Below are positions 1-8,209 of a stretch of DNA of 19,477 bases, one piece after another. This DNA comes from Armatimonadia bacterium (GTDB lineage Bacteria > Armatimonadota > Zipacnadia > Zipacnadales > UBA11051). The stretch is from assembly GCA_039683575.1 (NCBI GenBank), contig JBDKRC010000330.1, forward strand, positions 1 through 19,477, written 5' to 3'. Position 1 is the first letter of the stretch; every line of letters starts with the position of its first letter. The position numbers and the translations under genes are program-made. The notes below the pieces were generated by a model. It searched no databases, was not told the DNA's origin, and saw only the letters and a list, made by a program, of their open reading frames with translations.

Positions 1-34
1 CGTCCCGCACCGACATCCCGCACCTACACGCATG

Positions 35-65
35 AAAAAAGGGCCTCGCATGCCGCGAGGCCCTT
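35..65 (-). terminator. Rho-independent terminator of the efflux operon
   Basis: 11-bp inverted repeat AAGGGCCTCGC (39-49) / GCGAGGCCCTT (55-65) running into a T-tract on the minus strand (A6 at 35-40), just after the permease stop at 89. Confidence 0.85.
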
Positions 66-88
66 ATCATGTCCGCTCTCTATCCTGT

Positions 89-1297
89 CTACTCGTATCG
101 CAGCGCCGCTATCGGATCCATGTCCGCCGCCTTCTTCGCCGGCCACAGCCCGAAGAATATCCCTACAGCCGCCGCGAACAAGAAGGCCTCCACAATAGAG
201 ACCGGCGATACAATCGCCGACCACCCGCTTTGACTCGCCAGAATCAGGGAGGTAACCACCCCCAGCACCACCCCCATGCCCCCGCCGATGATGCTGAGCA
301 CCATCGACTCGATCAGGAACTGGGCCATGATGTCCTTCTTGCGCGCTCCGACCGCCTTGCGGATGCCCACCTCGCGCGTCCGTTCTGTCACCGACACCAG
401 CATGATGTTCATGATCCCCACGCCGCCGACGAGCAGCGAGACCAGCGCGATGCCGCCGAGCAGCTTCGTCATGGTCTCACCTGCCTCCGCCATGCTCTCC
501 AGGAACATAGCCTGCTTCATGATATGAAAGTCACTGGGCTGCCCTGCCCGGAGCTTGTGACGCCGCCGCAGAAGTGTCTCGATACCACGTTCGACCCGGT
601 CCACGTCCCCTGTCGTCAGCGCCGAGACCGAGATCGAGTTGAGGTAGTCCTGGCCCAGTACGCGCTGCTTCACTGTGCTCAGTGGCCCAACGATCTGATT
701 GTCCGGGCTGCCCCATGACCCGCCGACCTCGGCGGCGACCCCAATGACCTCAAAGGGCAGATTCTTCACCCGCACCCATTCACCGATGGGGGAGCGGCCA
801 TAGAACAGTTCGTCCACGATCTGCTTGCCCACCACACAAACCCGCTTGCGGCCTCGTACCTCCGAATCGTCAAAGAAACGCCCCTCGGCCAGCTTCCAAT
901 TGCGCACCGTCTGGTAATCCGGCGTGCTCCCGATCAGCCGCGTGGCGAAGTTCCGGCTCCGGTACTTTGCCTGCACCCGGCCCTGCACTTCCGGCGCCAC
1001 CTTCATCACACCCCGCACCTGGCGCGCGATCTCATCCGCGTCCTCCGCTTGCAGGTTCACCACCGTCGTGTCCAGCGCCGCCCCCGCGCGGCGCGAAGGC
1101 CCTGGGTCCACTGAGAGTAGATTTGTGCCCATCTTCTCAATACGTTCCAGCGTATCGCGCTTGAGCCCCTGCCCGATTGCCACCACGATAATCACGGCCG
1201 CCACGCCAATGATGATGCCGAGCATCGTCAGAAACGACCGCATCTTGTTGCCGATCAGCCCCATCAGCGATACGCGAATTGCCACGGTGATATTCAT
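89..1297 (-). CDS. ABC transporter permease, MacB/FtsX family
   Basis: RSFLTMLGIIIGVAAVI N-terminal TM, periplasmic domain, C-terminal GGVGIMNIMLVSVTERTREVGIRKAVGA and PAKKAADMDPIAALRYE motifs. Confidence 0.95.
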   Translation of the reverse strand: MNITVAIRVSLMGLIGNKMRSFLTMLGIIIGVAAVIIVVAIGQGLKRDTLERIEKMGTNLLSVDPGPSRRAGAALDTTVVNLQAEDADEIARQVRGVMKVAPEVQGRVQAKYRSRNFATRLIGSTPDYQTVRNWKLAEGRFFDDSEVRGRKRVCVVGKQIVDELFYGRSPIGEWVRVKNLPFEVIGVAAEVGGSWGSPDNQIVGPLSTVKQRVLGQDYLNSISVSALTTGDVDRVERGIETLLRRRHKLRAGQPSDFHIMKQAMFLESMAEAGETMTKLLGGIALVSLLVGGVGIMNIMLVSVTERTREVGIRKAVGARKKDIMAQFLIESMVLSIIGGGMGVVLGVVTSLILASQSGWSAIVSPVSIVEAFLFAAAVGIFFGLWPAKKAADMDPIAALRYE

Positions 1298-2004
1298 GCG
1301 TCCTCCTCCTCGGGCTCATCATCCGTGTAACTGCCGTCTTGCACGATGTGCCCGTCGAGGAACTTCACCAGCCGCTTGGCGCTCTGTGCCACCCGCGCGT
1401 CGTGCGTCACGGTCACCAGGGTAATGCCTTGCTCATTGAGTTGGGTGAACACTTCCATGATCTCGTGGCCCGTTCGCGAGTCCAGCGCGCCCGTGGGCTC
1501 GTCGGCCAGGATCAGCGACGGCTTGGTCACCAGCGCCCGCGCAATCGCCACCCGCTGCTGCTGGCCGCCTGACAGCTCGTTCGGCCTATGGGTCGCTCGA
1601 TCGGCAATTCGCACCCGCTCCAGAGCCTCCATTGCCAGATCATGCCGGTCGGTCACACCCCCATAGAGCAGTGGAAGCTCGACATTCTGCAGCGCTGTAT
1701 ACTGCTGCAGCAGGTTGAAGCTCTGGAAGACGAACCCCAGGTACTTATTGCGGATCTCCGCCAGCCGGTCGTCACTGAGCGACTGGACCTCATGCCCCTG
1801 CAACTGGTACGTCCCCGCCGTCGGCCGGTCCAGACACCCGATGATGTTCATGAAGGTGGTCTTGCCCGACCCCGACGGCCCCATGATCGCCACGAACTCG
1901 CCTGCCTGGATGCGCAGGCTCACGCCGGCCAGGGCCGCAACCTGGGCCGCGTCCTTGCCGTAGACTTTGGTTATGCCCTGTACGTCAACGAGCGTGTCGC
2001 TCAT
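1294..2004 (-). CDS. ABC transporter ATP-binding protein, LolD/MacB-like
   Basis: Walker A GPSGSGKT, signature LSGGQQQR, Walker B ILADEPTG, H-loop VTHD; ATGA overlap with the permease. Confidence 0.96.
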   Translation of the reverse strand: MSDTLVDVQGITKVYGKDAAQVAALAGVSLRIQAGEFVAIMGPSGSGKTTFMNIIGCLDRPTAGTYQLQGHEVQSLSDDRLAEIRNKYLGFVFQSFNLLQQYTALQNVELPLLYGGVTDRHDLAMEALERVRIADRATHRPNELSGGQQQRVAIARALVTKPSLILADEPTGALDSRTGHEIMEVFTQLNEQGITLVTVTHDARVAQSAKRLVKFLDGHIVQDGSYTDDEPEEEDA

Positions 2005-2006
2005 AC

Positions 2007-3905
2007 TTACCTGCCCGGCTGTCTGAACTGTTGGATCATCCGGCCCTTCTTCCGCTCCGCCTCGCGCTTCTTGTCGCCGCCGCTCTTCTGCCCGTTCTCG
2101 CGGTCACTACCCGGCGGCGGCGGGATCACCACGGTCTCGCCTTCCTTGACCCCCTCGACAATCTCCGTCTCGTCCCAGTTGCTCAGCCCGGCCTTAATCT
2201 CGCGCGTTTCCGTCTGCCCGGAGGCTCCCAGAACCTCAACCGAAGTCTTGCCCTTGGACCGCGTGATCGCCGAATCCGGAATCAGGAGCACCTGCTTGCG
2301 CTCCGCGACCTTGATAGTGATGTCAGCGGTCATCCCCGGCCGCAACGCCGCCGGAGGGTTGTTGATCTCTGCCCGAACCTTGAACCTGATCACGCTCTCC
2401 GCGACCTGTCCCAGCGGGAAGATCTTCACGACCTTGCCGTCGAGTTTCTGGTCCGGCAGGACGGACGCCGTTATCTCGCACTGCTGCCCCATCCGCACCC
2501 CCGCCATGTCCGTCTCATCAACATCCGCGAGGATGAACATTTTGCTGGTGTCGGCGATGGTCACCATCGTGGTGCCCTCTTTCAGCGCCGCCGTACCCGC
2601 CGGGATGACTGTTCCCTCTTCCACCAGCTTCTCCATGATCACACCACTGCGCGGCGCATACACGCTCGTGTACCGAAGCTCGTTGGCCGCCTCGTTGAGC
2701 TGCAAGGTCTGCCGCCGCAACTCCGCCATCGCCACTTGCACCTGCTGCCGCTTGCTCGCATCGTCCAGCTTGCCGCCCCTGGATGACGCCAGAGCCGCCT
2801 CAGCCTGCCGCAAAGCGGACTTCGACGCCGCCAACTGCTTCTCGCGCACGGAAACACTTCGCCGCTGCGCCTGGGCATTGGCCAGTGAAGCCGTCGCCTC
2901 GCGAACAGCCTCCCGCGCCGCATCCACATCCGTATTCCTCAGTTGCACCTGCACCTCGTTCGCCTGTGCCAGCCGCAACGCCGCCTCCGCCTGCGATACT
3001 TGCGCCTCAGCGGCGGCAATGTCTTCCGTTCGGTTCCCGGCCTGCAGCAGCGCCAGGCTCTGCTGTGCCATCTCCTGCTGTGCGACCGCCTGCTCGTATG
3101 CCTTCTCCGCATCATCCACTGCCTGCTTGGACACAAAACCCTTGGCCAACAGGCTCCGCTGGCGGTTGGCTGTCACCTCGGCATTCCGCACCGCCGAGTC
3201 CGCGCTTCGCACCGAAGCCTGCGCCTCGGCAATCTCCTGGGGCCTTGCGCCCGCTTTGGCCTTGATCAGGTTCTGGCGCGCGCTCTCAAGCGATGCCTTG
3301 GATCGCTCCACCTCCGCCTGCTGCAGCCGCGGCTGCGCCTCGCTCTGTGCCTGTGCCTGTGTTAGCCGCGCCTTCGCCGCCGCCAGCCCCGCTTCCGCCT
3401 GTTGCACCGCGCTCACCGTCGTCTCGCGGTCCTGCCGAACCTGCTCGGCCAGTTGCGCCACGTTTGCCCGCGCCGCCTCCACGGCTGCCGCCGACTTGGT
3501 AATGTCAGTAGAAGTCCGCACCTGCGCCAACGCGGCGTTCAGCCGTGCCTGCGTCGTGCTGGCCTGCCCGGCCGCCACCGTCGCCGCCGCCTGGTCCACC
3601 CTGCTCTTGATCTGAGTGGGGTCAATCTGCGCGATCAACTGCCCGGCCTTCACGGGGTCCCCTGCCTCCACAAACAGCCGCGTGATCTCGCCACCGCTAC
3701 GGGATTTGACCTGAACGGTCGTCAGCGCCTCAAGCACGCCACTGGCGGACACCGTTACCTGCAGGTCTTTACGTTCGACCTTCGCGGTCTCCATCTCTGG
3801 TTCAGCGGCGGCCTCCTTGGCCAGAGCGGTCTTGCGCTGCCACCAGATTCCGCCCGCAACGACAATGATGATACCGGCAATGATTGCTATGCGTTTCAGT
3901 GTCAT
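2007..3905 (-). CDS. Efflux periplasmic adaptor subunit (MacA/HlyD-like) with very long alpha-helical hairpin
   Basis: N-terminal TM anchor, lipoyl half-motifs VKSRSGGEITRLFVEAGDPVKAGQLIAQID and YAPRSGVI..VEEG, ADVDETD..GQ, LRPGMTA and AGLSN..TEIVEGVKEGETVV. Confidence 0.93.
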   Translation of the reverse strand: MTLKRIAIIAGIIIVVAGGIWWQRKTALAKEAAAEPEMETAKVERKDLQVTVSASGVLEALTTVQVKSRSGGEITRLFVEAGDPVKAGQLIAQIDPTQIKSRVDQAAATVAAGQASTTQARLNAALAQVRTSTDITKSAAAVEAARANVAQLAEQVRQDRETTVSAVQQAEAGLAAAKARLTQAQAQSEAQPRLQQAEVERSKASLESARQNLIKAKAGARPQEIAEAQASVRSADSAVRNAEVTANRQRSLLAKGFVSKQAVDDAEKAYEQAVAQQEMAQQSLALLQAGNRTEDIAAAEAQVSQAEAALRLAQANEVQVQLRNTDVDAAREAVREATASLANAQAQRRSVSVREKQLAASKSALRQAEAALASSRGGKLDDASKRQQVQVAMAELRRQTLQLNEAANELRYTSVYAPRSGVIMEKLVEEGTVIPAGTAALKEGTTMVTIADTSKMFILADVDETDMAGVRMGQQCEITASVLPDQKLDGKVVKIFPLGQVAESVIRFKVRAEINNPPAALRPGMTADITIKVAERKQVLLIPDSAITRSKGKTSVEVLGASGQTETREIKAGLSNWDETEIVEGVKEGETVVIPPPPGSDRENGQKSGGDKKREAERKKGRMIQQFRQPGR

Positions 3906-5266
3906 TATTGGTTACCCTTCTGCTCGACTGGCGCGGCCGTCGGATCGCATCCTACCGCCTCGGTAAGCGACGCCAGGGCCACTGAGTGGTCATAGCGTGC
4001 CTGAACCTCCGAGACCTGGGCCTGCAACAACGCCACCTGGGCGTCCGTTACTTCGATGATGATCGCCAGCCCCTCTTTGTACCGCGCCTCCGCCGCCGCG
4101 AGGCTGTTCTCGGCACTGCGCCGCGCCACACTCGCCACTTCCATGCCTGTGGTCGTCTGTCGCAACTGCTGGAGCGCCGATTCGACATCCCGCTGCAGGT
4201 TTAGCAGGAGCCCGTTAAGCCTCTGCACCGCCTGTTCCTGCTGCGCTTGCGCCGATACCGCTGCTGCCCGTGCAGACCCCGCGTCGAACAGCGGGTATGT
4301 CGCCCCCACCTGCAGCGACCACGCCTCGCCCGTCACGCCTGTATGCCGGCCATAGTCAGCCGATGCGCCCGCCTCAAGCTGCACGCCACGCTGCTGCTTG
4401 GCCGCTTCCGTCGCAAGCTGTGCTGCCCGGACATTCAGCCGTTGCTCGGAAACGTCAGGTCGCGCCTGCTCCGCCAGCGTCACAAGCTGCTGTGCGGTGC
4501 CCGAGAAGGTACCCTCAGGAAGCGTGTCGGCAAGATTCAGGGTAGTGTCCACCGGCAACTGCAGCAGCGCTTTGAGGGACGCCAGGGCCACCTCCAGTTG
4601 TGTCTCGGCCTGCACGCTGTCCAGCCGCGCCTGCGCCACCTCAACCTCTACCGGCAGCAGGTCCGACTCCGGAGCCGTTCCCGCCTCAATCCGCGCCGCG
4701 ACCATGTCCCGATGCCGTTCCGCCGCAGCGAGGGACTGCATCATCGCCCGCGCGAGTTGCCGCTGCGCCAGGATGTTGTAGTACGCCTGCCGCACCTCGA
4801 AAGCCAAAAGACGCTGCGCATCCGGCACTCCGAAGGCCTGTGCCTCAGCCAGCGTCTGGGCCCGCCGTATCTCCCGCTCGCGCGTCGTCTCATACACGTT
4901 GTAGTTGAGCACCGCCGCCACGTCGCGCTGCGTGGACCGCTGTCCGCTGCTCACAATCACAACCCCGCCCACGTTGCTCGGCCGGCCCAGCGACTGCGTC
5001 TTGTTTACCGAACCCTCCAAGTCCACTGTCGGCCAGCGCCGAGCTTCCTGGATTCGCGCCTGCGCCCGTGCCTGCACAACCGCCGCCTGCGCGGACAGCA
5101 CGTCGGGGTGGCAGCGCAATGCCTGATCGAGCGCCTGCTGCAGCGTGAGCTGTAACGGCGCTCCAGATGGGGGAGAGGGGGTCTCCGATTGCGCCAGTGC
5201 CCCAAAGCACAGGCCAGCGGCAATCACGCAGACCACGAGTCTGCAGACCAGGAGTCTGCTCGGCAT
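3905..5266 (-). CDS. tolC: TolC-family outer membrane efflux protein
   Basis: Signal peptide, LTLQQALDQAL..HP, EVRQAYY, ARYKEG..IIEVTDAQ motifs; TAATG overlap with the adaptor gene. Confidence 0.92.
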   Translation of the reverse strand: MPSRLLVCRLVVCVIAAGLCFGALAQSETPSPPSGAPLQLTLQQALDQALRCHPDVLSAQAAVVQARAQARIQEARRWPTVDLEGSVNKTQSLGRPSNVGGVVIVSSGQRSTQRDVAAVLNYNVYETTREREIRRAQTLAEAQAFGVPDAQRLLAFEVRQAYYNILAQRQLARAMMQSLAAAERHRDMVAARIEAGTAPESDLLPVEVEVAQARLDSVQAETQLEVALASLKALLQLPVDTTLNLADTLPEGTFSGTAQQLVTLAEQARPDVSEQRLNVRAAQLATEAAKQQRGVQLEAGASADYGRHTGVTGEAWSLQVGATYPLFDAGSARAAAVSAQAQQEQAVQRLNGLLLNLQRDVESALQQLRQTTTGMEVASVARRSAENSLAAAEARYKEGLAIIIEVTDAQVALLQAQVSEVQARYDHSVALASLTEAVGCDPTAAPVEQKGNQ

Positions 5267-5401
5267 AAGGTCACCATCCGAAACGGCGGCAAGGATGTCC
5301 GCAGGGTAGTTCCGTCGGAGAGACTGCCTTGAAAGCTGAGATAACCGACGAATCGAAGGCCAGAATTCGCGAAATATACGCCTGCAACCTTCAGGAAAAG
5401 A

Positions 5402-5430
5402 ATTTTAGCCCCGAATAGTTTAGGTGTCAA
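5402..5430 (-). promoter_or_regulatory. sigma70 promoter of the efflux operon
   Basis: TTGACA (5430-5425) - N17 - TAAAAT (5407-5402) on the minus strand. Confidence 0.8.
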
Positions 5431-5549
5431 CGATATTCCGGCGCCCGCGGTTCCGCGGTCAGCCACGAAAAACGGGCAGTGACCAAAGTCGCTGCCCGTC
5501 TCATGGGCTCCTGGGCGAGGAATAGTCTCGAACCCGCTCTCCTCGTCCT

Positions 5550-5579
5550 GTGGGAGGGGTCTCTGACCCCGACCGCCCC
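5550..5579 (+). repeat. REP-like hairpin downstream of sod
   Basis: GTGGGA-GGGGTC-TCT-GACCCC; 23/30 identical to 18947-18976. Confidence 0.5.
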
Positions 5580-5609
5580 CCAACACGCTTGTCGAAAGCG
5601 CCTAACGCC

Positions 5610-6209
5610 TCACGCCTTCTTGGCCGCTTCCAACCTCCCCGCCACATCCTTCCAGTTCACCACATCGAAGAACCCTTTGGTGAAGTCCGGCCGGCGGTTC
5701 TGGTACTGCAGATAGTACGCATGCTCCCACACATCCAGAACCAGTATCGGGGTCACTCCCCATTGCGCCTCGTTCTGATGCTTCTCTGTCTGCAGGACCA
5801 CCAGTTTCTGCCCCAGCGGCTGCCAGGCCAGAATCCCCCAGCCCGAGCCCTGCACCGCATTGGTCGCCGCCAGGAACTGGGCCTTGAAGGTATCAAAGGA
5901 CTTGAAATCCTTCTTGATCTGCTCAGCCAGCGCCCCCTGTGGCTCCCCGCCCCCATCCGGGCTCATGTTGGTCCAGAACAGACTGTGCAGCAGATGCCCG
6001 GAGTAGTTGAACGCGATCGCGTTGGATAGCGCCCTGATCGCCGCAAAGTCCCCGGCCTCCTGCGCCTTTGCAATCTTCTCCTCCGCCTCGTTCAGCGCCG
6101 TCACATACGCGTTATGGTGCTTGTCGTGGTGGAACTTCAGCGTCTCCTCGCTCAGGTACGGCTCCAGTGCCTTGTAAGCATACGGCAGCTCCGGCAGTTC
6201 AAACGCCAT
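5610..6209 (-). CDS. sod: Fe/Mn superoxide dismutase
   Basis: FELPELPY, HHDKHH, H..HSLFW, GSGWG, DVWEHAYY signature; start placed at ATG 6209 after SD GAGGTG (6221-6216). Confidence 0.97.
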   Translation of the reverse strand: MAFELPELPYAYKALEPYLSEETLKFHHDKHHNAYVTALNEAEEKIAKAQEAGDFAAIRALSNAIAFNYSGHLLHSLFWTNMSPDGGGEPQGALAEQIKKDFKSFDTFKAQFLAATNAVQGSGWGILAWQPLGQKLVVLQTEKHQNEAQWGVTPILVLDVWEHAYYLQYQNRRPDFTKGFFDVVNWKDVAGRLEAAKKA

Positions 6210-6270
6210 CTTCATCACCTCATAGCCAGATTCAGTCCCACCGGGACCGTTAGGTTCTCATTCGGTAAGC

Positions 6271-6299
6271 ATGTTACATAAAGACGATAGCTTCTGCAA
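6271..6299 (-). promoter_or_regulatory. putative sigma70 promoter of sod
   Basis: TTGCAG (6299-6294) - N17 - TAACAT (6276-6271). Confidence 0.55.
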
Positions 6300-6497
6300 G
6301 TTCTTCTTCTTCTTCTACCGTCGATACGGGTGCGGCCCAAAGTCTGCCTCATAGTAGCGCGCCACGGCCCGCCCTGGCGGTGCCACCTCCACCTGCTGCC
6401 TCCTTGACCCAGCCTCAACAAGACAAGGACGCCCGCGACGGAATCGCAGTTCAGCCTCATCATCTTCCTGTCAGGCGCACTCAGCTTCGTCAGTGGC

Positions 6498-6528
6498 AAA
6501 GACAAAAGCCCGGCCACCGGGCCGGGCT
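6498..6528 (-). terminator. Rho-independent terminator after the response regulator
   Basis: 9-bp stem AGCCCGGCC/GGCCGGGCT (6507-6528) followed by TTTGTCTTT on the minus strand. Confidence 0.8.
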
Positions 6529-6557
6529 CAGATATCATCTCGATCGGCAGCGCTTCT

Positions 6558-7214
6558 CTAGGTCTCGAGCGTCGTCAGTCCCTGCCGAATGGCATACTTC
6601 GTCAGGTCCGCGAGGCTCCGCAGTTCCAGCTTATCCATGATATGCTGCCTGTGGGTCTCGACCGTCTTGATGCTGACGTGGAGGTCCTCGGCGATCCGCT
6701 TAGTCGTCCACCCTTCAGCCAGAAGCTGCAGTATCTCCCGCTCCCGCTTGGTCAACGTCGCAAACGGCAACGCGCCGCCCGGATCGGCCAGACGCTCCAC
6801 ATAGTCGCTCAGGACCACGCCCGTGATGCCAGGGCTCAGGTAACACTGCCCGCGCACGACCGCCCGTATCGCCTCCGCCAGTTCATCGAACGCCGAGTCC
6901 TTCAGAAGGTACCCAGCGGCCCCTGCCGCCAGAATACCCGCGGCGAACTGTCGGTCCGAGTGCATGGACAGGGCCAGCACTTTGACATCCGAGACCTGTT
7001 CGACAATCTGTCGCGTGGCCTCCATGCCGTTGAGGTCTGGCATGCCAATGTCCATCACCACTACATCGGGGACGTGCTTAACCGCCAACTCGACGGCTTG
7101 ACGCCCATTGGCGGCTTCCGCCACGACCTCCATGTCGTTTTCCTTCTCAAGCAGAGAGCGAATGCCCTCACGGATGATCTGGTGGTCGTCGGCAAGAATG
7201 ATCCGTATGCTCAT
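6558..7214 (-). CDS. NarL/FixJ (LuxR-HTH) family DNA-binding response regulator
   Basis: Receiver ILADDH, PDVVVMD (phospho-Asp), GAAGYLLK; HTH LTKREREILQLLAEG..IAEDLHVSIKTVETHRQHIMDKL. Confidence 0.96.
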   Translation of the reverse strand: MSIRIILADDHQIIREGIRSLLEKENDMEVVAEAANGRQAVELAVKHVPDVVVMDIGMPDLNGMEATRQIVEQVSDVKVLALSMHSDRQFAAGILAAGAAGYLLKDSAFDELAEAIRAVVRGQCYLSPGITGVVLSDYVERLADPGGALPFATLTKREREILQLLAEGWTTKRIAEDLHVSIKTVETHRQHIMDKLELRSLADLTKYAIRQGLTTLET

Positions 7215-7371
7215 GGCCTCTCATTTCCCGGCAAGGTTGTACCAAAAGACGTTTCTTCCTGCTCTGGATGTTCAACATCTACTGATATTTCGCAGTTCAA
7301 ACATGGATTTACTATCTCTGTTCGCCTCACTGATCCGCGCTTCCTGCTCATCGTGCAACGCCGTCGGTCAC

Positions 7372-7400
7372 ATACTACTACTACCATATCATCTTCACAA
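7372..7400 (-). promoter_or_regulatory. putative sigma70 promoter for the response regulator
   Basis: TTGTGA (7400-7395) - N17 - TAGTAT (7377-7372). Confidence 0.6.
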
Positions 7401-7438
7401 TCAGGGAATTCGCAATTCGAAATAGGAGTTTCCCTGAT
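7400..7438. promoter_or_regulatory. putative regulator binding site: two 17-bp boxes, outer inverted repeat ATCAGGGAA/TTCCCTGAT
   Basis: Perfect 9-bp inverted repeat at 7400-7408 and 7430-7438 between divergent promoters. Confidence 0.6.
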
Positions 7439-7466
7439 AGTGCCATCTCGGGGGGAATAGTATCCT
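7438..7466 (+). promoter_or_regulatory. putative activator-dependent sigma70 promoter (divergent)
   Basis: TAGTGC (7438-7443) - N17 - TATCCT (7461-7466), mirror geometry of the minus-strand promoter. Confidence 0.45.
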
Positions 7467-7559
7467 GCGCTTACACTAAACGGCAATGGGCAGGGCAGGA
7501 TCGCCTGCAGTCCATCCAGCGAGAGACGCAACAAGAAGCATCGGCCTCAACAGGAGAAT

Positions 7560-7766
7560 ATGTGGCGAGGGAGTGCAGGAGAGATGCTGGGTCATACGCC
7601 CGATTGGTTGCAGGAGATTAGAGAGTACTGGTCTCAGCTTGTTCACGAGCAACAGGGCGCCGCTGAGATCCCCGCGGCCCGATCCGATAGCGAGACAATT
7701 TCCGAGGCCGTTACGCAAGCCATGCCGGGTATGGCGGTAACGCACACTGACAATCTGAAACTATAG
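7560..7766 (+). CDS. hypothetical small protein (68 aa), or part of a non-coding transcript
   Basis: ORF downstream of the putative promoter; AGGAG lies only 3 nt before the ATG; no recognised motif. Confidence 0.3.
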   Translation: MWRGSAGEMLGHTPDWLQEIREYWSQLVHEQQGAAEIPAARSDSETISEAVTQAMPGMAVTHTDNLKL

Positions 7767-8209
7767 GTGTTCCTTGGGCAGGCACAGGCGGAAGACTGGA
7801 CAAGCGCGGAGAACTGGCTCCCCCAAAAATGTGGATTTGTCCTCTCTTGCAGCCGGCAGGCCCAACGAAGAGCAGGGGTTGGTTCGGAACTGGGGAGGGC
7901 CCGTGGGTGTGGGCGGTTGGTCTGGCGAGCGGGGATCGCAATAGGCGTTGGGGTTGATAGGTGGCGGCTGAGGCGGGGCGGACGGCTGGAGTTGTGGGGT
8001 TGGTCGCACTCATAGCTGTACCCAGGGGTTGATTGGAGGCGGGGCAGGCTTCAGGTGCGTGGACTGGTACTCTGGCGCGCGGGGCTGCGGTTTGCGGCGG
8101 GGATGAAACAATCGGATGGACGCCCGGACGATTTCTCGCTGGCGGTGTGTGTGGTGGAGCGACCGAGAAAATCTCCGGGCGTTCGTTCTTCTGCTGGAAG
8201 GAGCTAGAG

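Noticed and set aside
1588-3615. 675-aa plus-strand ORF
   Set aside because: Antisense shadow of the adaptor/ATPase genes; Ala/Ser/Cys-rich with no motifs, expected in GC-rich DNA
4247-5155. 302-aa plus-strand ORF
   Set aside because: Antisense to tolC, Arg/His/Leu-rich shadow frame
5390-5406. TTCAGGAAAAG half-site overlapping the efflux -10 element
   Set aside because: Only one half-site and in a different position from the other boxes; not enough to include the efflux operon in the regulon
6252-6266. Possible Fur/PerR box downstream of the sod -10 (AATGAGAA on minus strand)
   Set aside because: Only a partial half-site with no supporting palindrome
6642-7460. 272-aa plus-strand ORF
   Set aside because: Antisense to the well-supported response regulator
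7770-8200. tRNA, tmRNA or known riboswitch
   Set aside because: No cloverleaf/TTCGA arm or recognisable aptamer signature by eye; an Rfam search would be needed to exclude it formally
8033-8209. N-terminal extension of the aldo/keto reductase in the ORF track
   Set aside because: No family similarity; a good SD supports GTG 8210 and homology starts at ATG 8240
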